Assembly: GCA_036785375.1 (NCBI GenBank)
Contig: JAWMAR010000028.1
Span: 11,966,001-12,030,000, forward strand
Source: Leucoraja ocellata
Taxonomy: Eukaryota
DNA: 64,000 nucleotides
Reading direction: 5' to 3'
This document shows positions 39,783 to 52,208 of the stretch, one piece after another. The first letter of the stretch is position 1. Each line of letters begins with the position of its first letter. Under the pieces are notes generated by a model that worked only from the letters and a program-made list of their open reading frames with translations, was not told the origin of the DNA and did no database searches. The position numbers were made by a program, and so were the translations under genes.

Positions 39783-40103
39783 TAGAGTCATAGTGTGATA
39801 CAGTGTGGAAAGAAGTCTTTCGGCCCAATGCCCATACCGGCCAACATGTCCCAGCTACACTATTCCCATCTGCCTGCGTTTGGTCCATATCCCTCCAAAT
39901 TTGTCCTATCCATGCACCTGTCTAACTATTTCTTAACTACCTTTTCTGCCTGCTTGTTCCATACACTCATCACCCTTTGTGTGAACAAGTTACCCTTCAG
40001 ACTCCTATTACTACCCGGTTTATTCCTCTCATGATTTTATACACCTCTATAAGATCACCCCTCATCCTCCTGTGCTCCAAGGAATAGAGACCCAGCCTAC
40101 TCA
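39783..40103 (-). mobile_element. CR1 3' fragment
   Basis: Same 3' segment as 5505-5770, reversed. Confidence 0.65.
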
Positions 40104-40614
40104 AACATATACTCCTTTAACAAAATTGAGCATGTGCTATGACTTCTGATATTTCACAGTAACAACAAAAAAGTGGATAATATCTTGTAAATCAAGGACC
40201 TGTAACAGTAGGATATCAATCATAGGCATAAGTGTATATGACTGTTTCAACTATATTATTCTTTCTGGTCCATCCATTTTGTCTTAGAAGAGGATGAATT
40301 TCTTTGGGTTGGTACAGGATCCATAATCCATATTCATCTATGGATATAAATTGCTATTCTGGAAACAATTCTTCAAATGTTGCATGAAATATGTCCAGAT
40401 TGAAAATCAGACACAACATTGCTTATAGTGTCTCATATAATTCACCTAAATGAAAGTGCTTGGTAGTGCGTCTAACTGTATGTATTCTGTAGTGGAGAGT
40501 AATAGCCTTTCACTGTGCACTGAATTGCTGTTCAGAGATCTGTGATAAGTAGCAGGGAGATACAGAGTTTCTCCACAACAATTCACAAGAAACCGCTTTG
40601 AGAAGAATTAAGGT

Positions 40615-41110
40615 AAAATGGAATTTTTCTTACAGGAACCTGGGGGGGGGGGGGGGGGGCACATTTTTCACAAAGAAGGTGGTTGGTATATGGACCGAGC
40701 TGCCTGAGGAAGTAGTTAAGGCAGGTCTACTAATGACATTTAAAATACATTTGGACATGGATGGGAGAGGTAAAGAGGGATATGGGCCCAATGCGGGCAA
40801 GTAGAACTAACTTAGATGGGGCATCGAGGTTGGCATGGGCAGGTTCGGCTGAAGGGCCTGTTTCAGTGCTGTATAACTATGACTCTAAGAGTTAATGGAG
40901 AGGCTCTGGAAGAAAGCAGGTCAACTACATTACTGAAAAGCTGAGCAGGGTTGAGGAGTGGCTAACTACTTCTTGTTGTGGAGTGAGGGGATATGGGGAG
41001 AAGGCAGGAACGGGGTACTGATCGGGGATGATCAGCCATGCTCACATTGAATGGCGGTGCTGGCTCGAAGGGCTGAATGGCCTACTCCGGCACCTATGGT
41101 CCTAATTCTA
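40615..41110 (+). mobile_element. Two CR1 3' ends
   Basis: 40615-40888 and 40975-41110. The second matches the reverse of 28560-28680. Confidence 0.65.
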
Positions 41111-41687
41111 ATGTTCTTCAAGTTCAGAGGTCATTGAAATTGAGATTGAGGATATGTGGTGGTTTAATAAGACACCAATTACAAGTTTTATTATGATTCT
41201 GGTGCAGGTTGAGCATTATTAATCCAATCAAAAATGTGTATAGTTAATTTTTCTTCAAGCCTTAAGGAGGTTTAATGATAATTTATAAAGGCATGCTCAC
41301 ATCAGATTTTGTTGTCTCTTATAATAAATGTAATTTATAGTTTACAGCCCATTCCCCATTGACTAAATTGGATTGGTAGATGATTTTTTGTGAGAGTTCA
41401 ATAAGTATTGTGATCACATATACTTAAGATAGAATCCTACAACAACACCAATGTCAAAATTCAGCTCATAATGGGCTTGGGTTATTTACAAATGTGGTCA
41501 TTGATAAGATCATGGGAGATGAGGCGAAGTTCTTTGCAAAATGATACTTGTTCTACATTCTACTTTTAACTTTATTTTAGTAATATAAAAACATTTTGCA
41601 TTAAGCGCTATTTATGTAACGTACCATTTCTGTGGCTTTTCAAAACGTTTTACCCAATTTAGGGAACCCCAGATCTGAAAGGATGTG

Positions 41688-41905
41688 AAGGAAGGAACTG
41701 CAGATGCTGGTTTAAACCAAAGATCGCACAAAATGCTGGAGTAACTCAGTGGGTCACACAACATCTCTGGAGAAAAGGAAGAGGTGACGTTTCATGCCGA
41801 GACCCTTCTTCAGTCAAATCTCGACCCGAAACGTTACCTATTCCTTTTCTCCAGAGATGCTGTCTGACCCGCTGAGTTACTCCAGTTTCTTGTGCCTATC
41901 TTTGG
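41688..41905. mobile_element. Palindromic Penelope-terminus element with 14-bp TSD
   Basis: tctgaaaggatgtg at 41674-41687 and 41906-41919. Minus strand reads ctgaagaagggtctcggcatgaaacgtcacc (hammerhead-like core). Confidence 0.85.
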
Positions 41906-42524
41906 TCTGAAAGGATGTGGTTATCAGATGTGGATTGGAAGTTTGGCCAGACTAATGGGCAAATGTGTATTTTCATGGTCAGCAATCATTAAAAATCTCT
42001 TTGGAGAAAGAGTATCCACACTTTCAATTTAACTGAGGAATAAAATGTCTCATGCCAGAAACTGTTGGATATCTGTACAAACAGTCACGGAGCGATAGAG
42101 CACAGAAATAGGCCTACCAAGCCCCGACCAACCATCAACCACATTTATACCATTCCAAAAACAGTCCATTTTCTATTCTCCTTGTTCTCAATCACTTACC
42201 TATACTCTAGGGGGCATTTATCTTTTGTTAATTAACCTACCAATCAGCATCTGGAGGAACAGGGAGAACTTGCAAACTCCGCACATTCAGCACCCAAGGA
42301 TTGTGTTTAGTTTAATATTGTCACACACACTGAGGTTCAGTGAAAAGCTTTAGTTTGTGTGTTATCCAGTGAAAGAAAAGACAGCACATGATTACAATCA
42401 ATTGAACCCTTTATCTGTACACTGGGGGAAAAAACGCATTTTACTCAGTACCTTCTCAAGGTCATTGTTGCTACCTCTGGAGAACACCATTAGCACTTGG
42501 GGTGCTCATACCTTATCAGCTTAC

Positions 42525-42619
42525 CTCGTATAACAGACAACCTAATGACCAGATGTCAGATTTGAAGTTGTATCCATTTTCATGTATTCTCTCTGGGGAC
42601 ATGTAATATGGCGTACCCA
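42525..42619 (-). CDS. NEK7: NEK7 coding exon ([32 protein letters not shown]), 95 bp
   Basis: Encodes the P+1 loop, SPE and SDIWSLG. Acceptor ctacag, donor gtaag, phase 1 to 0. Confidence 0.97.
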
Positions 42620-42827
42620 CTGTAGAAGGATAAAAATGTTATCATGTGTGCATTATAAAATACAATGAAGAGAACAATTATTTCTCAAGTACAGTGCTTT
42701 CAATTTCCTATTTTTTCTGCATTAGCTACATTTCTTTTGTGTCCCAAGTTTATAAATATACACGCGCTAATAATATATAGAATTCAATATTTCAGTATTG
42801 TGTTATTATTAATAGGCAAGTTTCCAA

Positions 42828-43352
42828 ATGTAGAAACAAAGTGTTGGAGTAACTCAGCAGGTCGGGGAGCATCTTTGGAGAAAAAGGATAGAAACATAGA
42901 AAATAGGTGCAGGAGTAGGCCATTCGGCCCTTCGAGCCTGCACCGCCATTCAATATGATCATGGCTGATCATCCAACTCAGTATCCTGTACCTGCCTTCT
43001 CTCCATACCCCCTGATCCCTTTAGCCACAAGGGCCACATCTAACTCCCTCTTAAATATAGCCAATGAACTGGCCTCAACTACCTTCTGTGGCAGAGAATC
43101 ACACAGATTCACCACTCTCTGTGTGAAAAATGTTTTTCTCATCTCGGTCCTAGAAGATTTTGGCCTTATCCTTAATCTGTGACCCCTTGTTTTAGGTGAT
43201 GTTTTTCGGGTCAGGCCCCTTCATCAGTCAAAAGAAGGGTCCCGACCTGAAATGACCTTTTTATCCAGAGATGCTGCCCGACCCGCTGAGTTACTCCGAC
43301 ACTTTGTGTCTATCTTTGGTATAAACCAGCACCAAAAGTTCTTTGTTTCTAC
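42828..43352. mobile_element. Palindromic Penelope-terminus element interrupted by a CR1 3' fragment (42889-43192)
   Basis: The left arm stops at ggagaaaaaggatag and resumes at taggtgatgttt..cgggtc after the CR1 piece. The right arm is complete. Confidence 0.7.
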
Positions 43353-43360
43353 AAGTTCCA

Positions 43361-44020
43361 CCACCTACGGCGTCGAACGATTGACAGCCCCGACAACAGT
43401 CTGTCTATTTTTTTGTCTTTCTTAATTTTTTTAAATTGCGTTTTAAAAGTTTGTGTAAATGTTCTCTGGTTTGCTTTATGTGGGGAGAGGGGGAGGGGGT
43501 CGGGGGAATCTTTTTTTTCCAGTTTCTTACCTTACCGGAGATGCGATTACTTTCCAGGTCGTGTATCTGGTCGCTCTGCGGCCTACCATCGATGGAGCTG
43601 GAGGCCTCCTCAGACTGACCTTGAGCGCCTCCGTAGGGCGTGGACTTAACATCGGAGTCCATCCCTTGCCTGGGATCACTCCAACCGCGGCCTGCGGACT
43701 TTACCATCAAGCTTGCAGTCCAATGAACGTACAGGCTCGACCAGCCCCGACGCAGGGTTTGATTGCCGGCGCAGGGAGCTGATATCCGCCCGATGCAGGA
43801 GCTGATCGCCTCGACGCGGAAGGCCCCGCTACCGGCTACGGGAATCAAGGACGTCCCGTCAACAGAAGGTTCCAGGCCCCCGACCGCAAAAGAGCAAACA
43901 AGGGAAGAGATCAAAATTTGTTTTTGCCTTCCATCACAGTGAGGAATGTGGAGAAGTCACTGTGGTGGATGTTTATGTTAAAATGTGTTTTGTGTGTTCT
44001 GTTGCTTTTGATTTGTGTGA
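43361..44020 (+). mobile_element. GC-rich non-autonomous retroelement (family copy A)
   Basis: Shares the T-rich block, G-run, ggagatgcgat...gtatct hairpin and ccttccatcacagtgag...cactgtggtggatgttt block with copies B-E. Confidence 0.7.
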
Positions 44021-44021
44021 C

Positions 44022-44270
44022 CAGTCCATCATCGGTTCTGACCTCCCTACCATCGAGGGGATCTATCGCTGTCGCTGCCTCAAAAAGGCTGCCAGCATTA
44101 TCAAGGATCCACACCATCTTGGCCACACACTCATCTCTCCGCTGCCTTCAGGTAGGAGAGCCTGAAATCTGCAACATCCAGGTTGAGGAATAGCTACTTC
44201 CCCACAGCCATCAGGCTATTAAACGCAACTCAAACAAAACTCTGAACATTAATAGCCCAGTGCACTGTGT
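44022..44270 (+). mobile_element. Rex1/Babar LINE fragment
   Basis: RCLKKAASIIKDPHH.GH.L.S.LPSGR and SYFPTAIRLLN. Confidence 0.75.
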
Positions 44271-44280
44271 GTGTGTGATT

Positions 44281-45052
44281 GGATTAGATTAGATCCTTTA
44301 TTTGTCATTCAGACCTTTCGGTCTGAACGAAATGTCATTGCCTGCAGCCATACATATAATAATAAGCAACAAAACACAATAAACACAAATTAACATCCAC
44401 CACAGTGAGTTCATCAGGCACCTCCTCACTGTGATGGAGGCAAAAATCTTATAGTTACTGTCTCTTCCCTCCTCATTCTCCCTCTGCGCTGAGGCTATAT
44501 GTTACCCCACCAGGCGATGGTCAGTCCTGCGGCTCATCCGAGCTCTGCGAACGGGCCGTTTCAAGCTCCACGGCCCAGGGTGGTCGAAGCTGCCGCCCTC
44601 CAGTCCAGCGGACGCAGCTGTTGCCGTGGGAGCTCCGGAAAACAGGCACCAACCTGTGACCTGCAAGCTCCCGACGATGACGTCCACTGGCCCGCGGCCG
44701 AGCCGCGGATTCAGGTCGCCGCTACCGGAACGCCGCCTCAGCCCCGAGTCGTGCCGCCTTCATCGGAGCGCAATCTCAGCCCCGAGTCCTGCCGCTGCCC
44801 CGGAACGCCGTCTCAGCCCTGAACTCGGCCAGTCTCGCGTTGCTGAGTCCTGGCTGGCTCTGCTTCCGGAGCCTCGAGGTCGGTCGCAGTTGGAGGCTGC
44901 CAGCTCCGCCATTAGGCCTTAGTGCAGACGGAGGCAGAGAAAGGGGGATACGACAGAAAGAGTTGCATTCCCCCGAAGGGAGAGACAGAAAACCATGTTT
45001 CAGCCCCCACGCCCCACACACATAACACAACCTAATAACTAAAATTGTGTGT
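44281..45052 (-). mobile_element. GC-rich non-autonomous retroelement (copy B), 5' end lost in the gap
   Basis: Reverse complement of the same blocks. Tail aataaaggatctaatctaat. Confidence 0.7.
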
Positions 45053-45429
45053 NNNNNNNNNNNNNNNNNNNNNNNNNNNNNNNNNNNNNNNNNNNNNNNN
45101 NNNNNNNNNNNNNNNNNNNNNNNNNNNNNNNNNNNNNNNNNNNNNNNNNNNNNNNNNNNNNNNNNNNNNNNNNNNNNNNNNNNNNNNNNNNNNNNNNNNN
45201 NNNNNNNNNNNNNNNNNNNNNNNNNNNNNNNNNNNNNNNNNNNNNNNNNNNNNNNNNNNNNNNNNNNNNNNNNNNNNNNNNNNNNNNNNNNNNNNNNNNN
45301 NNNNNNNNNNNNNNNNNNNNNNNNNNNNNNNNNNNNNNNNNNNNNNNNNNNNNNNNNNNNNNNNNNNNNNNNNNNNNNNNNNNNNNNNNNNNNNNNNNNN
45401 NNNNNNNNNNNNNNNNNNNNNNNNNNNNN
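45053..45429. other. Assembly gap (377 N)
   Basis: Run of N. Confidence 0.99.
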
Positions 45430-45434
45430 TTTCT

Positions 45435-45550
45435 ATAAATATATATATATATAGAGAGAGAGCAAAGCAAGATTTATATATGTATATGTTTAGATTTATA
45501 TATATATATGTGTGTGTGTATTTATATATACACACACACACACACATACA
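45435..45550. repeat. Compound (TA)/(GA)/(TG)/(CA) microsatellite next to the gap
   Basis: Seen directly in the sequence. Confidence 0.85.
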
Positions 45551-45551
45551 T

Positions 45552-45760
45552 ATGATCATCCACAATCAGTACCCCGTTCCTGCCTTCTCCCCATATCCCT
45601 TAACTCCGCTATCTTTAAGAGCTCTATCTAACTCTATCTTGAAAGCAACCAGAGAATTGGCATCCACTGCCTTCTGAGGCAGAGAATTCCACAGATTCAC
45701 AACTCTCTGGGTGAAAAAGTTTATCCTCATCCTAAATGGCCTACCCCTTATTCTTAAATA
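45552..45760 (-). mobile_element. CR1 3' fragment
   Basis: Near-identical to 28628-28835. Confidence 0.7.
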
Positions 45761-46138
45761 CTGTCATTGTTCCCTAATGCACCCTTTTGGTCAGAATTGA
45801 AAATATAATGTGTGGAAGAATCATGGAATAGAACTCAAGCTTCTATTCTCTCATATGCTTCAGCGCCATATCATACAGGTTGTCAAGTCTGATATGACAT
45901 GATACACTTGAATTGGTCTTCAAGTCCATTTGAAGGAAAGCACACTTAACTTTAAGATTTGATATCATTTCTGCAGCATCTTTTCCCATTTTGGAATTCA
46001 GATGGTTAAAGTAATTTCTTCCCTAACTAAACAAATTTGAATTAAAAAAAACACTGCTTCATTAAGAAAGCTTACAAAATTTCAGATATTTCTGAGAAAA
46101 TGCAATTTACATTAAGGTGTTAATGCTTACAATATTTT

Positions 46139-46430
46139 TGTTTAGTTTAGATACAGTGTGGGAACAGGCCCTTCAGCTCACTAACTCGATGCCGACCACC
46201 AATTACCCGTACACTAGTTGTATCCTATACAGTTGGGACAATTTACAGAAGCCAATTAACCTGCAAACCTGCATGTCTTTGAAGCGTGGGAGGAAACCGG
46301 AGCACTTGGAGAAAACCCACGCAGTCACAGGGAGAACATACAAACTACGTTCAGGCAACACCATAGTCAATTCAAACCCGGGTCTCTGGCGACATAAGGT
46401 AACAACTGTACCACTGCCCCACTGTGCAGC
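46139..46430 (-). mobile_element. HE1-type V-SINE
   Basis: Reverse complement of the family consensus. Confidence 0.8.
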
Positions 46431-48636
46431 ACCTAGGTTTAATAACCTGAAACTGTATTAGTTTTGCAGGAATCGTTTTGCAACAATGCTCTGTTTTAAA
46501 ACAATCTAACTCCATTTCTTGCTTCCACCAAAGAACAAACTTTGGACAACCAATGATGAAATAAAGTGTGGGTGAAGCAAACAATAATTACAGCATATGC
46601 ACATGTTCATAAGTTCTAGGAACAGAATTAGGCGATTCATCCCATCAAGTCTACTCCGCCATTCAATCATGGCAGATTTATCTTTCCTTCTCAACCCCAT
46701 TCTCCTGCCTTCGCCCCATAACCCCAGACATCCTTTCTAATCAAGAATCTGTCAATCTCCACCTTAAAAGTATCCATTGACTTAGCCTCCACCCCCATCT
46801 ATGGCAATGAATTCCTCACATAAATACACATACTGTATGCTGTAAAATCTTTACTATATGTAACAAACTATCTAATTAGTAAAAGGAAAAAAGAAAAACA
46901 AAGGTAGTTAAATAGTAGAGGTCAGTGTTTTTTGCTGCTGCACCCGCTGAGTTTCTCCAGCTTTTTTGTGTAACCTAGTTAAATAGTAGGACTGAAGATG
47001 CAACTGCTCAAATTACTCATAGTTTAATTTAACCAAGATGGAAATGTTGATGTTCAACTCATAATTCTTAGCACCACCAATATCACATAAACAAAATGGC
47101 ATTACTTCCAAACTACAATTCAAAGTTAAAACAAAAGCCAGATTCCCCATATTGTTGCTAATTTATCACTAATTCATTCCATCAACGTATCTTTCCAAAA
47201 TCTCTTTCCCCAATTCTATCCTTACAACTATTTATAGCACTAATCATTTTCAGGAAAACAAATACATGATTTGTGTGGCTTACTTTAAAAGTTATACATT
47301 CCTGCATGTTTTAAATTGTAATAATTTGGGAGCACCAGCAATTAACATATTTTACCCTACAAGAAACCAAACCACATTTAAGCAATTATTAAGCATAACA
47401 TGTACTCAGCCCATATGAGTAGCAAAGGGTCAACAATGATCATCTTTTGTTACCATAAAATATGATGCTGATAATTGTCATTGAAGAACATGCAAGCTTG
47501 TGGATGTGGAGAATCCACATGAGAATCCACAGGGGGGAGGAAAAACATTTCACAATGCGGCTTCTCAGCTTATTGAGAGTCAGAGTAATTCCAAAAGTAG
47601 ATTCAGAGAGGTAATGATAGTCGAGCTAGTCTTCCACAAATCTAAAACATTGAAACATTCAAACAACTAAAATTTTAGACTGGGGCATAGAACAGTACAG
47701 TTAGGAACTTGCTCCAGCCCGCAATGTCTATGTTGAGTATGATGCCAAATTAAAATAATCCCATCTGTCTGCATAACCATATCCCTCCATATCCAAGCCT
47801 CTTAAATGCCACGATTGTATCTGCCTTTACCACCACTCCTGGCAACGAGTTCCAGGCACACATCACTCTGTCTCTCCAAAACTCAGATTGCAATATAATT
47901 AGGGCAGCCCAGAAACAAAAACATGCATAAATATCCTTCTGTATTTTAACAGATCGTCCTGAATAACAGTTTGGGCAATAAAGCAAGCACTCATGCCCCT
48001 TATAAAAAAGATGATTGAAATTAAATGAAGATGAAAAGTTAAACATTTGAAAAAATGCACTCTTGGGGCCAAAAGAATGGCAAGACCAATTGTAAAGTAT
48101 CAATACCTTATCAGGAGTAAACATATAGTGGTAACATTCAGACCCATTTAAAGTATGTAACAAAGAGAAATGATCTGACAAACTGCAAAACACATTATTG
48201 ATTTTACTAAAGTTAGCTATTTCATTTTACTTCTTGGATGATTGATCTTCAACTTATGACCCATTAAGATTTAATAGGAACCCGAGGGCCAATTTTTTCT
48301 ACAGAGGACAGTGGGTGCATGGAACATGCTGCCAGAAGAGGCAGTTGAAACAGGAACTATAACACCATTCAAAAGACATTCGGACAGGTATATAGATAGG
48401 ATAGGAAAGGGATCAAACGTGGGCAGGTAGGACAGGTGTAGGTGGGGCATCTTGGTCGGCATGGACGAGGTGGGCCGAATGGCCTGAGTGACTTTAATTA
48501 TGTGCATAATTTGTCATTTGTCCACCACTATCACCGGGTCATATTATATTGTCTGCCTGTTTCCAATAATATAAATTGATGGACATGTGATAGGAAGGTA
48601 CATCTAAAAAACTTCTAAACTGACAATCCAAAAAAA

Positions 48637-49447
48637 CACCAGGTGGCGCCAGCAATGGCTGCCTCGCCAACAGTCTGACCCGTCCATTCCTTCTTTGTTG
48701 TTTTATAGTATGTTAAATGTATGTTTTAGTGTTGTTTAGCCAACGATCTGTCTGTCTTTCGTCTTTTTTGTTATTTTTAGTGTGTTTTAAAAAGTTTGTG
48801 TTAATGTTCTCTGGTTTGTTTTATGTGAGGAGGGGATCAGGGGAAACTTTTTTTCAATCTCTTACCTTGCAGGAGATGCGATTGTTTCCCAGATCGTATC
48901 TCCGGTCGCTCTGCAGCCTAACACCATGGAGCTGGATGCCTTGCTCGGGACTGACTTTGAGCTCCACCGCGGGGCCGTGGACTTACCATCGGAGCCTGCG
49001 ATCCTTTGCCTGGAATCGACGCTCCAACTGCGGCCTGTGGATTTCACCATCGAGGAGCTCGCAGTCTCGGGTGGAGACTGATGTCGGGCAGCTCCAAAGT
49101 CGCAAGAGGTTCGACTAGCCCCAACCCGGGGTCTGATCATCCAGCGCAGGGAGCTGAGATCCCCCCGACGAGGAAGCTTGATGGTCCCGACGAGTAAGGC
49201 ACGACCGCCGGCTAGATCGTTCCGTCAACGGAAGGGGAGGCTCCCAACCGCGGGAGAACAATCAGGGAAGAGATTTAATAATATTTTTTCAGCCTTCCAT
49301 CACAGTGAGGAATGCGGTGGATGTTTATGTCAAAATGTATTTTATGTGTCTTGTTGCTTTTTATTGGTATGACAGTATGGCAAATCAAATTCCTCGTATG
49401 TTGCAAAACATACTTGGTTAATAAAGTATGATTATGATTATGATGAT
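48637..49447 (+). mobile_element. GC-rich non-autonomous retroelement (copy C), duplicated 5' segment
   Basis: Starts caccaggtggcgccagc and restarts at ~48738 gccaac. Tail aataaag(tatgat)n. Confidence 0.7.
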
Positions 49448-49454
49448 TTATGTG

Positions 49455-50035
49455 CAGGGGGGGGAAGTTGGGCGGAAACTTTTTTTAATCTCTTACCTCG
49501 ACGGATATGCAAATTTTTTTCTGTATCGTATCTCTGTCCGCACTGCGGCCTAACATCGAGGAGTTGGCGGCCTCTGCGGGAGATCGACTTCGGGAGCTCC
49601 AACTGCGGGAGCCTGCCCACTTAACACCGTGGAGCTTGCGGTCCCTGTCGGGGATGGACCTTGGAGCTCTAACCGTGGGAGCCTGCGGACTTTAATATCG
49701 TGGAGCTCGCGGTGCCTGGTTAGAAACCAACTTCGGGAGCTCCACGCCACAGGAGCTTCGACCGCCCCGACGCGGGGGCTTCGATCGCCGGCTGCAGGTG
49801 CTTCGATCGCACAGACTGCAGATGGTTCGACTGCCCCGACCGCGGAAGAAGATTAGACTTTATTGCCTTCCATCACAGTGAAGAATGTGGGGAATCCACT
49901 GTGGTGGATGTTTATGTTAACTTTTATGTAGTTGTGTGTCTTGTTGCTTTTTTTGTATGGCTGTATGGTAAATCGACTATCACTGTACCTTAGTTGGTAC
50001 ACGTGACAATAAAAGACCTTTGAACCCTTTGAACT
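49455..50035 (+). mobile_element. GC-rich non-autonomous retroelement (copy D), 5'-truncated, tandem to C
   Basis: Same conserved blocks. Tail gtgacaataaaagacctttgaaccctttgaac. Confidence 0.7.
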
Positions 50036-50986
50036 ACTGAGGCTACACCCAGAGAATGTACCCCCATTCTCATGACACCTCAGGTGAGCCTTGCATCAAC
50101 TTGCTTACCAGATACCAACAAAGACTTCCATTTAACAGCCAACAGAAAGCAGATTATTTCAATACTGTTTAAACTTTACAATGAAGGTTATTCCTTTTCA
50201 ATGAAGACATCCAATGTGGGAACTAGAAGTCTTTGCTTCTTCCTGGAAACTGACTGATGTATTTGTTGATACCAATTCTTTAAAAAACAGGGCAGATAAT
50301 TTACAGACCGCAATCTTGTTGTGACAGATTACAATTTCAGTTACAAAAGGTGTCTTGCTGCAATGCAAAACTGGGTGGTGATAAATTCCAAGCTGAAGCT
50401 ATAGAAAATAAACATACCTTTGAACTATCTTTAATCAGATTTTATCTTGCACTAAATGGTGTATCATTTATCTGTGTGCTGTTGACAGCTTGATTGTAAT
50501 CATGTATAGTCTTTTCTTTGACTGGAGAGCATGCAAACAAAAGCTTTTCGCTGTACCTCAGTACACGTGACAATAATAAACTCCTAACTGAGTTTAGAAG
50601 CAGGAAATGACAGAGGTCAAAGCAGCACTCAGTTCACAGATCTGACTGAGGAAGGATAGCAGCTAGTTTTCAACAGGAGCCACTAAGCAACACCATTATG
50701 AGCAGGAATATCTATTTTAACCAGCATAAATGGTTCATGTAGGTGTGCTGTTTATCACCCTCGACATCCCATCAGAAATGCATATGATGAAAACTGCTGT
50801 TCATAACTTATATTCTCTAATTTAACCCATGAGCACATACTCGGGAGGTGGCGAAACCAGAGCCTCTTCTGTCACATTGAACGTGCAAAACCAGAATACA
50901 TCAGAGGTCATGGTCAAATCCTGGTCCTCGGAGCTACAAGGCAATAGCAGTCACTGCTGCACCACCATCAGGTACCTTTTTAGGCA

Positions 50987-51280
50987 TTAGAAATACAGCG
51001 CGGAAACAGGTCTTTTGGCCCACTAAGACCACACCGATCAGCAATCTCCCCGTACACGAGCACAATCCTACACATGAGGGACAATTTACAAATTTACCCA
51101 CGCCCAACTAATCTACAAACCTGTACATCTTTGGTGTGTGGGAGGAAACCGGAACTTCCAGAGAAAACCTACTTGGTCACAGGGAGAATGTACAAACTCC
51201 ACACAGACGTAGTCAGGATCGAACCCGGGTCTCTGGTACTGCAAGGCAGAAACTCTACCTCTCTACCACGGTGTTGCCCC
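50987..51280 (-). mobile_element. HE1-type V-SINE
   Basis: Reverse complement of the family consensus. Confidence 0.8.
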
Positions 51281-51419
51281 ATATTTGATCCCTTATCTAT
51301 TTGAAAAATAAATGTTTTGGTTGTGTGCTCAAACTAGATTTCTGAACCAATAATAATCACCTCACTATTTTGGACCTTCAGGTGGACCCTGGAAAATGAT
51401 ATTCTCCTTGGTCCAATAA

Positions 51420-51779
51420 AGGGCCTGTCCCACTTTCCCGAGTTATTCACAAATTCTCCCGAGTTAGTCACGAATTCTCCCGAGTTTTCAAACTCGCAGA
51501 ATGTTCGTAACGAGTCCATAGGAGGTCGTAGGAGTCCGTGGATATATCGTAGTGGTTCGTTATGCCAGCCGTAGGTACTCGGGGCATCAGGCAAGTCGGG
51601 ACGTTTTTTCAGCATGATGAAAAATGACCACGAGTAAAAAAATAGCCCCGAGTACCTAGGGCTGGCATAACGAGCCTCTACGATATATCTACGGACTCCT
51701 ACAGACTCGTTACGAACATTCCGCGAGTTTGAAAACTCGGGAGAATTCGTGAATAACTCGGGAAAATGGGACAGGCCCT
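51420..51779. mobile_element. PIF/Harbinger-type palindromic MITE
   Basis: TIR agggcctgtccca...tgggacaggccct with TAA/TTA flanks, subterminal cccgagtt repeats, CpG-rich. Confidence 0.85.
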
Positions 51780-51887
51780 TTACTTGAGATCTCCCTGCAC
51801 ACAATATACCAACTTGCAATAAGTGCTCCAACACATTTCACTTTCATATCCATATCTAACCAGCACAGGAACTATTTTGTTTATATT

Positions 51888-52208
51888 CAGGTTTAGGTTC
51901 ATTGTTGTCACGTATACCAAGGTTCAGGGAAAAGCTTTGTTTTGCAGCTATTCAATCTAATCAGATATCATTATACATAAATACAATCAAGCCAATATCA
52001 AGTACAATGGGTTGAGCAAAGGAGAAGATACAGAGTGCAGAATATAGTTCTCAGCATTGTAGCGCATCAGTTCCAGAGACAGTCAAATGTCGCAATGAGG
52101 TCGAGGAGAATCTGAGCGCACCCCAGTTTACGGAAGAACCGGTCAGAAGCCTGAAAGCAGAAGCTATTCCCGAGTCAGGTGGTGTGCTCTTTCAAGCTTC
52201 TGTATCTC
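51888..52208 (-). mobile_element. Rex1-type 3' fragment
   Basis: Reverse complement of the aaaagctttt..ctg.accttggta.acgtgacaa tail also seen at ~27730-27845 and ~50420-50580. Confidence 0.55.

Noticed and set aside
43405-45030. Many 60-170 aa ORFs (also 48717-49856 and 61639-62297)
   Set aside because: Stop-poor GC-rich repeat bodies. The frames are not conserved between copies.
45032-45677. Long ORFs in the track
   Set aside because: Artefacts of the N gap and microsatellites.
51334-51834. 166 aa ORF
   Set aside because: Reads through the palindromic MITE and has no protein motif.
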